A stretch of 63,886 nt of DNA, filler included, from Octopus bimaculoides (Eukaryota), in the NCBI RefSeq assembly GCF_001194135.2. It is 5 parts of 4 records of this genome, joined end to end, with 100 filler letters (N's around TTAATTAATTAA, not from the genome) between each part and the next. Parts side by side here need not be neighbours in the genome. Positions count along the whole stretch, not along the records: positions 8,345 to 38,708 come from NC_069005.1; positions 38,809 to 49,129 come from NC_068989.1; positions 49,230 to 60,381 come from NC_068983.1; 2 more parts are not named here. The stretch is one strand, 5' to 3'. Both the position numbers and the translations under genes were made by a program. Below, piece after piece: positions 36,894 through 50,053 of this stretch. The notes under the pieces were generated by a model, which did no database searches, was not told the origin of the DNA, and saw nothing but the letters and a program-made list of their open reading frames with translations. Each line of letters starts with the position of its first letter. The first letter of the stretch is position 1.

Positions 36894-37020
36894 TTACGTT
36901 CTGAGTTCAAATTCCGCCGACGTTAACGTTGCCTTTCATCTCTTCGGAGTCGATAAATTAAATACCAGTTATGCACTGGGTCGATGTAAACGACTTACCT
37001 CCACCCAAAATTCCTGTCCT
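36894..37020 (+). mobile_element. SINE-A 3' part
   Basis: TTACGTTCTGAGTTCAAATTCCGCCG...GCCTTTCATCTCTTCGGAGTCGATAAATTAAATACCAG. Confidence 0.8.
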
Positions 37021-38041
37021 TTTCTTTCTCTGAGACAGTGAGACAACCAAACAGGTCACAAAGTAGTTATTTGAAAGTGGATTGTATGTTATTTACTGGA
37101 AGTTGAATTTACGTCGTTTATGGCAGGTGAAGCTATAACGACGGTAGCTGAGGCGAATCTCTCCGAGTGATCCATGTGGTTGCTTCATTGATTGTTTGTG
37201 ATGCTCTCAGGTAAGGAGGCGCCTAATGGTCCCTTATTACCAGATCAGTAGTCCCTTCGTAGCACAGAGTTCTTAGAGTTCTCCTAATTTGATGAAGAAC
37301 CATCCTTTGTGAGTGAGTCTCCATTGTTGATTCTTAATACTATATCATTGGATCAGTGGTCACCGTTGTTGGTTCATAAAATCTGTCACTGGTTCGTTAG
37401 TAACCTTCTTGGTTCGTAAGGTTCTGTGCCTGTTCAGCAACAAGAACGACGACGACAACAACAACAACAACTTAAATATAACAGTAGCAAAAAAAAAAGA
37501 AGCAAAACAACATTAATAACAACATCATCAGCAATAGAATGACTTTGAAGTTCCGAATAGAATAAAGCAAAAATATATTTTATGCACGCTTGTGTGCGAA
37601 AAAATTGTTGAAAGACGACTTAAACTTTTACTTTTATAACCGGGAAATTAACCGGGAAATTAATCGCAAACACTTCATATATTTGTCCTCGGAGCAGTTT
37701 TTAAAACTGACTATTAAGTAATTGAATTTTGTAATTACAAATCAATTATATAGCAGCTGCCATGAAAACACACACACATGCACACACGCAAACACGCACA
37801 CACACATGCATACACACACACACGCACGCACACGCACGCACACATACACACACACACGCACACACACACACACACACACAAGCAAACGTAAGGAAAAAAA
37901 CATACAAATGGTACTTTTTTTGCTTGCAGTAATTCCACTCGTCTCTTTGCACGCCAAATTTTTGTTTGTAGAGATGGAAATTAGACATGTTAGAGTACTA
38001 AGTTAGACATATTTCTATAAATAGTGTATCTATATATCAGT

Positions 38042-38108
<67 letters not shown>

Positions 38109-38848
38109 TATCTATGTATATAGATGGAAAGATTGAAAGGTAGATTGATAAGCAAACAAACATACAGACAGAGAGATGGATAGATAGGTGTAAGCTCACG
38201 CAAACACAGACACACATACAGACAGACAGACAGACAGACACACACACAAACAAACACTCACAAACAAACAGACACACACACACACACACAAACACACACG
38301 GTAACACAAACTCACAGAGGCATGACTATGTAGTTAAAACACTCGTTGTGAAACCACATGGTTTCGGGTTCAGTTTCGCTGCACGGGGTCGACGAACGCG
38401 TAAAATGCTGCCAATAGTGAAAATATTTTAGTTTACTAAGTTTATTATGTTATAGTTCAAACAATAATCTGTAATGAGAAAAGCCAAGGAAAAGCAGACA
38501 TAAATAAAAAGTAAACAGTCGCAGTAAAAGCGGATTTTTAGGCGTGCATTATTTCTTCAGGAAAATACCAATTTGATTTCAGAAAAAATGGTAATTGCAT
38601 CTGGCATCTAGAAGAAAACATAGTATTAGAAAGAGTTAGGTGAAAAAATGCTAAAGAAAAGAACAGCGCAAGACTGAAACGCAAGCATATATATATATAT
38701 ATATATATNNNNNNNNNNNNNNNNNNNNNNNNNNNNNNNNNNNNNNNNNNNNTTAATTAATTAANNNNNNNNNNNNNNNNNNNNNNNNNNNNNNNNNNNN
38801 NNNNNNNNTATATATATACACATCTCTCTCTCTCTATCTCTCTCTCAC

Positions 38849-38910
<62 letters not shown>

Positions 38911-38937
38911 AGTCTATCTATCTATCTATCTATCTAT

Positions 38938-38977
<40 letters not shown>

Positions 38978-39474
38978 TTGTCTGTCTGTTTGTCTGTCTG
39001 TTTGTCTGTCTGCTTATATATCTGTCTATCCTTTGCACACCTATCTTTTTTTAGTGTGAGTGTCCGCTGTTGTGTACTCTATTTTTGTTTATGTTAGTGT
39101 TGTGTCCCAGTGTTGTGTGTTAAACACAACACTGCTTCTTACGCTGTGAGATTGAAACGCTGTGGGATGCTTGCACACTATTCCATTTCCATTAGAGATG
39201 TGTGACAATTAAATTATTGCATTAGAATACATATTCTGAACTCCGGAAATAATCAAGCTTTCATCAGAACAGCAAAATTGACGTCTTAATACTTATCGTA
39301 ATTTAACTCTTTGTTTATGATTTTGCACGATTTTGATAATAATAATAATAACAGATCAAGTAATATTTTACGTATGACATATAATTAAATTCTTCTCTAC
39401 CCCTCAAAAAAAAACAAAAAACAAGAGAAAAAGTACCTCGATAAATAGATTATCCATACAATTAGCAGTCAAAA

Positions 39475-39655
39475 TTTTCCTCTAAGCGGTATTTTATCCG
39501 TCTTTATATTCTGAGTTCAAACTCCGCCGGGGTCGAGTGTGCCTTTTATCTTTTCGGAGTTGATAAAATAAACACCAGTTCAACTCTGGGGTCGATGTAA
39601 TCGATTTGCCCCATCCCCGAAATTAGTTGGATTGTACCAAAACTTGAAACCAATA
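39475..39655 (+). mobile_element. SINE-A, tail type 3
   Basis: TTCTGAGTTCAAACTCCGCCGGGGTCG core; GAAATTAG...CCAAAACTTGAAACCAATAT tail. Confidence 0.8.
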
Positions 39656-40824
39656 TTAACACCTTGATGTCTCTGTATGTAAGGCGTCAGTAACAATAAG
39701 GGAAGTAGCTAAGAATAAAAGACGTTACTGATGCTAGAGATATTTGTGGTGGTCATATTGATAACAATAATGGTAAATAGGGGAAAAGAGACAAAGTAGT
39801 TAGGGAGAGATTAAGAGGAGAGAAAGACTGGCAGGTAGGGAAAGTGGTGATTTTCGCTGTTATATTTGTCAAGTTGATCATGTCTTCCAATATTATATTT
39901 TAAATTTGTATTTTCTTATATTCAGAAAGATATATAATTGTTGCTACATAAAATTTGAAATAAACACTTAAATCTAATATATAGCACGTCATTGACTTCA
40001 TGAATTCTATATCAGAAAAGAGTAGAATCTGAATTAAAAAACTTTACTTAAGGCATTCTTACTATGTTTAGCATATACATATAGAAACCGGTTAAACTTT
40101 TATAAACTTATATCAAATGAATTCTTATTGATTTAATTTCATGTTTAATGTACGTTGTTTTGTCAAATAATTTGAAAAACCTTGGTGATGATGAGGAAGT
40201 TTATTTTATTTTTGATTAAGCAAAACTTTATATTTTTCAGAAGATTGTCTTTGAATTAACGTATCTACCTTAGAGCAAGTAACTGACGTGCGCTAAACGT
40301 GTGGCTCTGTAATAAAAATATTAGTGAAATTTTTTTCTCCTTCTTTATTAATGAGTAGACAGAGACAAGTTTGAATTATTTGTAAGGGTGTTGAAGATAT
40401 TTAAAAGCTTAAAATAATCTTGATTTTAAATAAACATGGTATTTTATTCGCTCTTTTTAAAGCTCCGCAGATCGTCTTCCCCAATGCAGTTGGGGGTGGG
40501 AGTGATCTTTTACCATGAGAAAAACAACACTAGATCAACGAAACCTGAACCTGGACATAACTTCCGTAAATTTCAACCACTAAAAGACAGGTGTTACAAT
40601 TTCTAAAAAAACTTTATCTGTTTCTTATTCTTAGTGGTGGTTATGATGGTTGTAGTGGCGATGTTCACATTTGTTTCTTTCTTACTGCAGTGCTTGCAGT
40701 CTCTATTTTTATATATATAAAATTAAAAGAAAACAGAGAATACATACATAGAATAATCAATTTATTCTCATACTCCAGTCAAATTACTAAGTTCATTCGT
40801 ATTGCTTACGTTGCATTTCGGCTG

Positions 40825-41186
40825 ATTACTGTAATTCATATTTACACTTTAAAAATGCATTATGAAGGGACAGGATTACTACTACATAGGTTCTACGGGA
40901 AATTATATAAAAAGGTGGATAGTTAATCAGGAAAGCACCTTTAGGAATAGACAAAAAGCGGCTAGCACCAGTCTAAATAAACTAATTTGGTCGATTAAGG
41001 ACTATACACTTACGTGGGAAATAATTAGCCGAGCAAAATATTATATTGGGAACAAAAAGATGTGAATCTTGCGTCGAAGAAATTTACCAGATTTTTACAT
41101 CAAAACGCAAATTAATCAACAACAAGAGGGAAAGAGAACACTATTGTGTTCATAAAGTTAAATATACATTCAATAAATTTAAATAG
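40825..41186 (+). mobile_element. Penelope-like element GIY-YIG endonuclease relic
   Basis: With two frameshifts: IYTLKMHYE/GQDYYYIGSTGNYIKRW..N.ESTFRN...STSLNKLIWSIK...TWEIISRAK.Y../RCESCVEEIYQIF...INNKRE..YCVHKVKYTFNKFK*. This is the GIY-YIG plus CxxCxxEK...NKRxE..C.H C-terminus characteristic of PLEs. Confidence 0.8.
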
Positions 41187-42527
41187 ATATGGTTAAAATA
41201 AATGCCGTGTAAATTTTACCCATGAATCGTGCATCTATACTATAAATTAAATTGACAAATATATATATATATAGACCCAACCTATCAACTAATATATTTA
41301 AATAAATAATTATATTTACTAGTAACTAATATGAATTTTACAAAACATAAGTAAATAATAGTGTTGATATAAAATAAATAAATGAAAGTAACAATTAGGT
41401 ACATACCTAGATTTATTTTATCAATAATAAAGGTGTAAAGGAACATGTTGTGGACATGCTGGATATTATTAGAAATAGAGACAGGCCTAAATAATTTATC
41501 ACTTTGGCCAAATGGGTGCAAAAAGGACGTAGAGAAATGTATTATGCGCATACTGAATAGGATGAAAAGTAGTGGCAAGCTTGTAAAAGAGTGGAATTGT
41601 AACATGACCTAGTTCTTCTGAACTATGTCTATCCCTTGTCCAGTAAGGTCGTACAAATTAACTTTTAGCTATTTTTAGAACAGTATCCAGGGCGCACATG
41701 CTACAAATTAATCGGAATAAACTCTCTATCCTTTAGAATGTGAAAAATATCAGTCGATCATGCCCTAAGGAGGCTTTTTGCTTTTTTCACCTTCATAATG
41801 TACTTTTAAAAGTGTAAATATGAATGACAGCTGTCAGCCATATTTTGACTGGTCTATGAGAATAAATTGATTATTCTATGTATGTATTCTCCATTTTCTT
41901 TGAATTTTTAAACTTTTTTTCCTATATCGAAAATGATAGAAATCTCCATAGCGACATGTGTAAAGCACTAATATTGAAGAAGAACCAATGATAAATACTA
42001 GTACATATACACATGAAAAATTTCCAGTATCATTAATCGATATTAGTGCAAAAGTGGTGTACGCTTGGATAATATATCCCTAAGAAAGAACAACTTCTTT
42101 CTATACAGACTGAGCGGAATTTTGTTAGTGAACATATTTTTGGCAAATTAAATTTAAATGTTGAAGTAGATCTAATGGTTTTTGTGTGTTTCTTAAATGG
42201 CTTATAAACACCTTCCACACAGCAATTGTTTTCGTTCCAGCACGAGATCTCAGATCAGGTCACTTGCTATGCAAGTACATCTCCGTATATATATATATAT
42301 ATATATNNNNNNNNNNNNNNNNNNNNNNNNNNNNNNNNNNNNNNNNNNNNNNNNNNNNNNNNNNNNNNNNNNNNNNNNNNNNNNNNNNNNNNNNNNNNNN
42401 NNNNNNNNNNNNNNNNNNNNNNNNTATATATACTTCACACATACACATTTATTTATGTATATATGCATGTCTGTTTGGGTTGTAGTTGCACAAATATATA
42501 AAAGCGGAAGACTGATTATTATTTTAT

Positions 42528-42598
<71 letters not shown>

Positions 42599-43297
42599 TA
42601 CACAATATCATTATCTTCCGTTGTGCTCGGTATTGATACCTGCTTTTATTTTACATGACAACATTTTGTGGGCTTTCAACTGTAAATCTGAGAGTAGAGT
42701 AACCTGAAAGAGTTGGAGTCAGCTATTTCAAAGTTGCCTGAAAGTTCCAACGATATTGATGTTGTAATTCGTTCTTCGCAGATCGATAAAATATTCATGG
42801 GTAATTTGATGAAATCAAATCAATTTTCATATGTGTGTGAAAAGCACAAATACACACACATACACGCACTGAGGCGCGCACACAAGTACAAAAACATATA
42901 TACATAAGCCGAATCTTAATACCTCTGAATCTTGTAGTAAAGTGTGAAAGAAACAAAACAGAAAGAATAAAACATAGCAAGCAAACCAGATAATTTTTAC
43001 ATTAACCACTTCGGCGATTCTCCGCCCTACAATTAATATGCTAGTTTCTGCCCTCAAATATACTCATGTATGTATGTATGTATGTATGTATGTATGTATG
43101 TATGCATGCATGCATGCATGCATGTATGTATGTATGTATATATGTATGTATGTATGTATATATGCATGCATGCATGTCTGTCTGTCTATCCGTCATCATA
43201 TATGTAAGTATGCATGCCTATATGTATGTGTACCTTTTCTTTGTGCGCTAAAAGCCCTCCATACGCAGTCCAGTAGTATGCATAGATGTATATAATC

Positions 43298-43331
<34 letters not shown>

Positions 43332-44594
43332 NNNNNNNNNNNNNNNNNNNNNNNNNNNNNNNNNNNNNNNNNNNNNNNNNNNNNNNNNNNNNNNNNNNNN
43401 NNNNNNNNNNNNNNNNNNNNNNNNNNNNNNNNNNNNNNNNNNNNNNNNNNNNNNNNNNNNNNNNNNNNNNNNNNNNNNNNNNNNNNNNNNNNNNNNNNNN
43501 NNNNNNNNNNNNNNNNNNNNNNNNNNNNNNNNNNNNNNNNNNNNNNNNNNNNNNNNNNNNNNNNNNNNNNNNNNNNNNNNNNNNNNNNNNNNNNNNNNNN
43601 NNNNNNNNNNNNNNNNNNNNNNNNNNNNNNNNNNNNNNNNNNNNNNNNNNNNNNNNNNNNNNNNNNNNNNNNNNNNNNNNNNNNNNNNNNNNNNNNNNNN
43701 NNNNNNNNNNNNNNNNNNNNNNNNNNNNNNNNNNNNNNNNNNNNNNNNNNNNNNNNNNNNNNNNNNNNNNTATATACACACATATATATATATATATACA
43801 TATATACATACACACATTTATGCATACATCCATACATGCATATAGGTGGTATACTTTGAGAAAAAAAGATTATTTATCATGAACTGCAACTCCTAACACC
43901 TTCACTCTGAGCTACGATGTCTATAAGTCCAATTTTATTCAATTAATATCTTGTGTATCTCTGTGGCACGCCCTGCAGCTTTAAAAACTTTAGCTCCTGG
44001 AAGTCGAGTCAGTGAGCTGGCTGTGATTTCCGGTTGACACTAACTTCATCAGCTTTGCCATAAAATCTCCATTATAATTCTATATAAAAAATAGCTAAGC
44101 AAATAAATAAATAAAATAATAATAATAAAACAAAGGAGATGAGAATACGACATTTTTTACATGGTAGCTCGATCTAGATGAAATAGTGACTAAATTTCTT
44201 TTAAAGCTCTCTTGTTCTGTTTTAAAAGGGACGCTGTGTCGGATAACGTAGTTTCTTGAAGCACTATTTGATTATAAAATAATGTACACCTTATGGTCAA
44301 AAGCTGCAACGTCAAATAATGGGCCAAATTTTCTTCAAGTTTTTCATGCCCTATCATTTGTAAAAGGATACATTACATAATGTCGTCCTATATACATCAT
44401 CTTTGAGAATATGATGGATAGTTTATGGCCTGTGATTAACGTCTTTGATCAAGGTTGCCTGCATCTAAAGGACAATATCAAATGTTTCAGTCATTAATGG
44501 TCACTATATCTCTATAAACTTAAGGTGATCAGTTGATAAGGGCCTTAGAGTATCGGATACAACTGCGTTATAATATTTGTTTCGTTTCTTAGTT

Positions 44595-44973
44595 GTGGAG
44601 GCGCAATTGCCCAGTGGTTAGGGCAGCGGACTCGCGGTCATAGGGTCACGGTTTCGATTCTCAGACTGGGGGTTTGTGAGTGTTTATTGAGCAAAACACC
44701 TAAAGCTCCACGAGGTTCCGGCAGGGGATGGTGGCGAACCCTGCTGTACTCTTCCACCACAACTTTATCTCACTCTTCTTGTTTCTGTTGTGCCTGTAAT
44801 TCAAAGGGTCAGCCTTGTCACACTGTGTCACGCTGAATATCCCTGAGAACTATGTTAAGGTTACACGTGTCTGTGGAGTGCTCAGCCACTTGCACGTTAA
44901 TTTCACGAGTAGGCTGTTCCGTTGATCGGATCAACTGGAACCCTTGACGTCGTAAGCGACGGAGTGCCAACAA
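44595..44973 (+). mobile_element. SINE-C, full-length with 12-bp TSD
   Basis: A box TGCCCAGTGGTTAGG, B box GGTTTCGATTCT, tail GTGCCAACAA. CGTTTCTTAGTT is duplicated at 44583-44594 and 44974-44985. Confidence 0.92.
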
Positions 44974-45597
44974 CGTTTCTTAGTTCAAATTTCGTCAAGG
45001 TCAACTCTGCTTTTTGTCCTTTCTGAGTCGATAAATAACGTACAAGCTTAGTGCTGGTGTAGCTTTCTTTCTCTTGAGATGTCAAACCGTTGATGTTCTA
45101 CTTGATCAACACTGACAGAGTAAAGGCCATCTCAGTGTCTTCTTGCAATGGTATGGGAACCTATAACAATTAGTGAAAGAACAACATACTACAAATCACT
45201 CCCGATTGCGAGTGACAGCCAAAGATAGTTTAAATGTTTATGGCAGTAAAGATTTGTGGTAGTTTTTATTGTTCATCCGGGAACTAAATAATATACACAC
45301 ACACACACACACATACAAACGTATGCATGCATGCATACATGCAAACATACATACTCTTACACACACATCCATCCGTCCATCCGTCCATCCATCCATCCAT
45401 CCATCCATCCATCCATCCATCCATCCATACATACATACATACATATATATATATATACATACAGCCTACCAAATATCACTCACAATGTACTTGTTAGACC
45501 GAACCTGTGACAGAACCACACAACAAGGTGTCGCTCAGTAGGATCAAATCCGAAAGTACGTGGAAATGTTGTGAACTTAGAAACCACATAAATATAC

Positions 45598-45790
45598 AGT
45601 TCTATATTTAGGAGATGAAGAATTTGTACATTATTTACATTATTTACATTTTGACGGATTTTGTCCTCATCTTGTTTGTTGTTAACACATTTCAGCTGAT
45701 ATATCCTCCAGCCTTCATCAAGTGTCTTGGGGAAATTTCGAACCTGGGTTCTCATTCCTAAGGTATTTTTCGATGCTGTTGTTGTTGTTG

Positions 45791-45861
<71 letters not shown>

Positions 45862-46244
45862 TAGTTTTATTTTTATAACGTGCTTTCACTTCACTACCGA
45901 GCGCAGCTCTGTGCGCCTTGGGTATGTGCTGTGGTTTGCTGTGGTGCTCTTATGTTTACTGTATTGAAAGNNNNNNNNNNNNNNNNNNNNNNNNNNNNNN
46001 NNNNNNNNNNNNNNNNNNNNNNNNNNNNNNNNNNNNNNNNNNNNNNNNNNNNNNNNNNNNNNNNNNNNNNNNNNNNNNNNNNNNNNNNNNNNNNNNNNNN
46101 NNNNNNNNNNNNNNNNNNNNNNNNNNNNNNNNNNNNNNNNNNNNNNNNNNNNNNNAAACGTTGTCATCTGCTGGTATTGATACATCAATTAGAAAGCATT
46201 TTTTTTCTTCATGATCTTTGACAACTATATCTGGTCTATTTGCC

Positions 46245-46342
<98 letters not shown>

Positions 46343-46380
46343 TATTATTCAGGTCACTGCTTAGAATCGAACCATACTCG
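45598..46380 (-). mobile_element. Composite element: B-box-like head (46363-46373), (AAT)n(AAC)n tract, and 3' segment with a decayed minimal hammerhead ribozyme (45684-45726); interrupted by an R4/Dong insertion
   Basis: The minus strand reads GGTTCGATTCT...GTGACCTG(AAT)n [Dong] (AAT)n(AAC)n ...GACAC-TTGATGA-A-GGCTGG-loop-TCAGCT-GAAA-T-GTGTT. Confidence 0.6.
45859..46246 (-). mobile_element. R4/Dong-clade LINE, 5'-truncated in the RLE domain, flanked on both sides by (TAA)n
   Basis: 46246-46157 translates KANRPDIVVKDHEEK/CFLIDVSIPADDNV (PD-(D/E)xK-type RLE motif, one frameshift in an A7 run). After the gap, 45970-45956 gives LSIQ*, followed by a 97-bp 3' UTR into (AAT)n. Confidence 0.9.
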
Positions 46381-48204
46381 CAACATACTGATACACTATA
46401 TCCGAAAACAAAGGAGGCAAGATTCATGAGTGGAGCATATCTGATAACACTATGGAATAAAGTGTAAATTATTTAGTCACTGAAATACGAAGTACTGACG
46501 CTTACTGAATTCCAAATTTTTATAAAGCATTCACATTTTGCATAAGAATACTGTTTTCTTCCGAAATTTGTATAATATTAACCACATTCTGAATTCTCCC
46601 TTTAAAAACATAATGAAAACTGCACGGGAAAGATATTGGACAAGGATAAGCTTTCTCTTTTCTTTTGGTTCTGGATAAAACTTCAATATTCACTTGCATA
46701 TGCATAGTTTTTACTGGCATATACTTAGTATCTATATCTCAGTAAAACTTTGCTACGGTATTTTCGTCGGTCGTTTATAAGAATCAGTGAAGTCTAATGA
46801 CACAACCCTACTATAACCATCCATTATATTTGAATTGAAATTGCTTAGATGTCTAACTTTCATGGAAGAGATCTCTTGATTGAAACCACTAGCTTTTTGA
46901 GACGAATGATGTTAAAGCTAATTAGATTACCGCAAGCTACAATAGGAAAAAGCATGCATCCATGCAGTTTTGAACCAAATACCTGTAACTGTTGAAGTCA
47001 ATCTACTTGTCTACCGAGTCGATTCTGCTTTTGCAAGGTAGTGATATATTGGGGGACTTTTACTTCACTTTATACTAGGAATTAAACAAGAGTTACGGCC
47101 AGCTTCTTCAATGCGAGATAAATTCATAATATATACTTATTTAGGTCTATGAATTAGGAAACTTCTATCACCTCGTCCCATTTCACTTGGAGGCTCCGGA
47201 ACCGTGACAAGGGCAGTATAATCTAGAATATTCTCGACAAAACCCATTCATACACACCCGAAGTGCACGTTTAGTTTTCATGAGAAACTACAAATAGTGA
47301 TTTAAGAAAGACTTTCTTTCGCTTGACGACGTAACATTATTACGAAGGAGATCTGCATTAATGCAGAGATGTAATTAATTCATTTATAATTGAATACAAT
47401 ATAAATTATTTACATGTCTTTTTCATCAAACTATTTCTTAGTCCTTTATGACTTTATATATATATATATATATNNNNNNNNNNNNNNNNNNNNNNNNNNN
47501 NNNNNNNNNNNNNNNNNNNNNNNNNNNNNNNNNNNNNNNNNNNNNNNNNNNNNNNNNNNNNNNNNNNNNNNNNNNNNNNNNNNNNNNNNNNNNNNNNNNN
47601 NNNNNNNNNNNNNNNNNNNNNNNNNNNNNNNNNNNNNNNNNNNNNNNNNNNNNNNNNNNNNNNNNNNNNNNNNNNNNNNNNNNNNNNNNNNNNNNNNNNN
47701 NNNNNNNNNNNNNNNNNNNNNNNNNNNNNNNNNNNNNNNNNNNNNNNNNNNNNNNNNNNNNNNNNNNNNNNNNNNNNNNNNNNNNNNNNNNNNNNNNNNN
47801 NNNNNNNNNNNNNNNNNNNNNNNNNNNNNNNNNNNNNNNNNNNNNNNNNNNNNNNNNNNNNNNNNNNNNNNNNNNNNNNNNNNNNNNNNNNNNNNNNNNN
47901 NNNNNNNNNNNNNNNNNNNNNNNNNNNNNNNNNNNNNNNNNNNNNNNNNNNNNNNNNNNNNNNNNNNNNNNNNNNNNNNNNNNNNNNNNNNNNNNNNNNN
48001 NNNNNNNNNNNNNNNNNNNNNNNNNNNNNNNNNNNNNNNNNNNNNNNNNNNNNNNNNNNNNNNNNNNNNNNNNNNNNNNNNNNNNNNNNNNNNNNNNNNN
48101 NNNNNNNNNNNNNNNNNNNNNNNNNNNNNNNNNNNNNNNNNNNNNNNNNNNNNNNNNNNNNNNNNNNNNNNNNNNNNNNNNNNNNNNNNNNNNNNNNNNN
48201 TATA

Positions 48205-48470
48205 TATACATATATACGACGGACTTCTTTCAGTTTCGGCCTACCAAAGCACTCACAAGGCTTTGGTCGGCCCGAGGCTATAGTAGAAGGCACCGCCTTT
48301 AGTCGAATAAATCGACACCAGGACTTTGTAAGCCTAGTACTTATTCTATCGGTTCCTTTTGCCCAACCGCTAAGGTACGGGGACCTAAACACATCCGCAT
48401 CGGTTGTCAAGTGATGTTGGGGGACAAACACAGACACACAAACACACCCACACACAGACCCACACACACA
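48205..48470 (-). mobile_element. Rearranged (permuted) SINE-B chimera
   Basis: The body segment ending TAGTAGAAG is fused at about 48290 to the tail segment CACCGCCTTTAGTCG..., reversing the order seen in 17783-18237. Confidence 0.75.
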
Positions 48471-48523
48471 TATATATATAAATATATATACTTATATATA
48501 TACATATATATATGTGTATTTAT

Positions 48524-48634
<111 letters not shown>

Positions 48635-49081
48635 TAGTGATGCAAATAAATATACTTAAGCATGATATATAAAATATACTACATAGATATTCACATGTAA
48701 ATATGGATAGGGGTATATATAGAGAGAAACCAAATCTGAAAAATATTCATATTCATACTCGTGAATAAGCAAATAGATAGTTATACTTTATATATTTACA
48801 ACACATATTTACATGGAGTACAATTTCACCTTGACGGCGGAGGGTGGCCTTACACTAATGCTTATATGTTTCCTCTACAGGTTGCATATCCTTGACACAC
48901 CATCTGCCAACATTAGAGCTATTGCATAATTCTGATCCCCACGAAAAAGTTGTCAGACCTAAAATACCATGCCCTCTCCTCTTAGTTTTCTGCATTTTTC
49001 TGTCCTCCGAGTTCATCTGAATATTTTCAGTTTTTGTTTCTCTCTCTATATATCCCTATAACTATATACATGTTTGTTTGT

Positions 49082-49129
<48 letters not shown>

Positions 49130-49229
49130 NNNNNNNNNNNNNNNNNNNNNNNNNNNNNNNNNNNNNNNNNNNNTTAATTAATTAANNNNNNNNNNNNNNN
49201 NNNNNNNNNNNNNNNNNNNNNNNNNNNNN

Positions 49230-49272
<43 letters not shown>

Positions 49273-49964
49273 TATATATATGCGTATATGAGAAGATAAA
49301 TTAGAAACATTCCATGATGGTTAGTATAAGTTCATGGAAGGTGAAAAGAGACATCCGATAGTGTAGAAATGTAATAATACTGTGAAAGTCATTAAACAAA
49401 GGAGAAAGAGAAAGAAAGATAGAACGGAGTGAATTCTACAGAAGGTGGGAATGGAAGAGAAGAAGGAAGGGTGAAAGTCTATGACGCAGTAAATAACCAT
49501 AAAACAGGCCATTTGTTTGGCACCTTAGAAAACTTGAGCATTGGCGTGTCTTAGTGTTTGGTAGATAAAGCTGCAAAAACGTACTTCTCCAAGATCTTTC
49601 TTGCAAATCAACCCATGGTCACTGAGCCGAATTATTAAAGCAGAATGACAGAATGTCTTGGAGAATGTTTGCTTATAGCATGGAGAAATGAAGAACATCT
49701 CCTTAAGATGCTATCATTGAACGAAACACAAAACCTTTAAATTTCTCTAATTTATTACATGTTTATAGTCCATAAGCATAATATTACTTTCACGCTTTAT
49801 ATAGTTTGCTATGCAACAAGAATTTTTGGCTTTCAAATTTATATATTTATTTCAGTATGGTATGTATGTAAACTTGGAATCCAGGCAGAGCGGGGTAAGG
49901 GAAGACAGATAAAGAGAAAGAAAGAGCGAAAGAAAGAGAAAGAAAGAGAGAACGAGAGGAGAGC

Positions 49965-50053
<89 letters not shown>

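Noticed and set aside
37124-37210. AG...CAG|GTAAGG exon-like segment
   Set aside because: Stops in all three frames; no evidence beyond splice-like words.
39108-39134. Perfect 11-bp hairpin CAGTGTTGTGT/ACACAACACTG
   Set aside because: Low-complexity TG/CA context makes a chance occurrence likely.
44020-44056. Minus-strand CTGATGAAGTTAGTGTCAACCGGAAA hammerhead-like core
   Set aside because: Stem II is only 3 bp with extra nucleotides before GAAA, and I could not find stem I or stem III partners.
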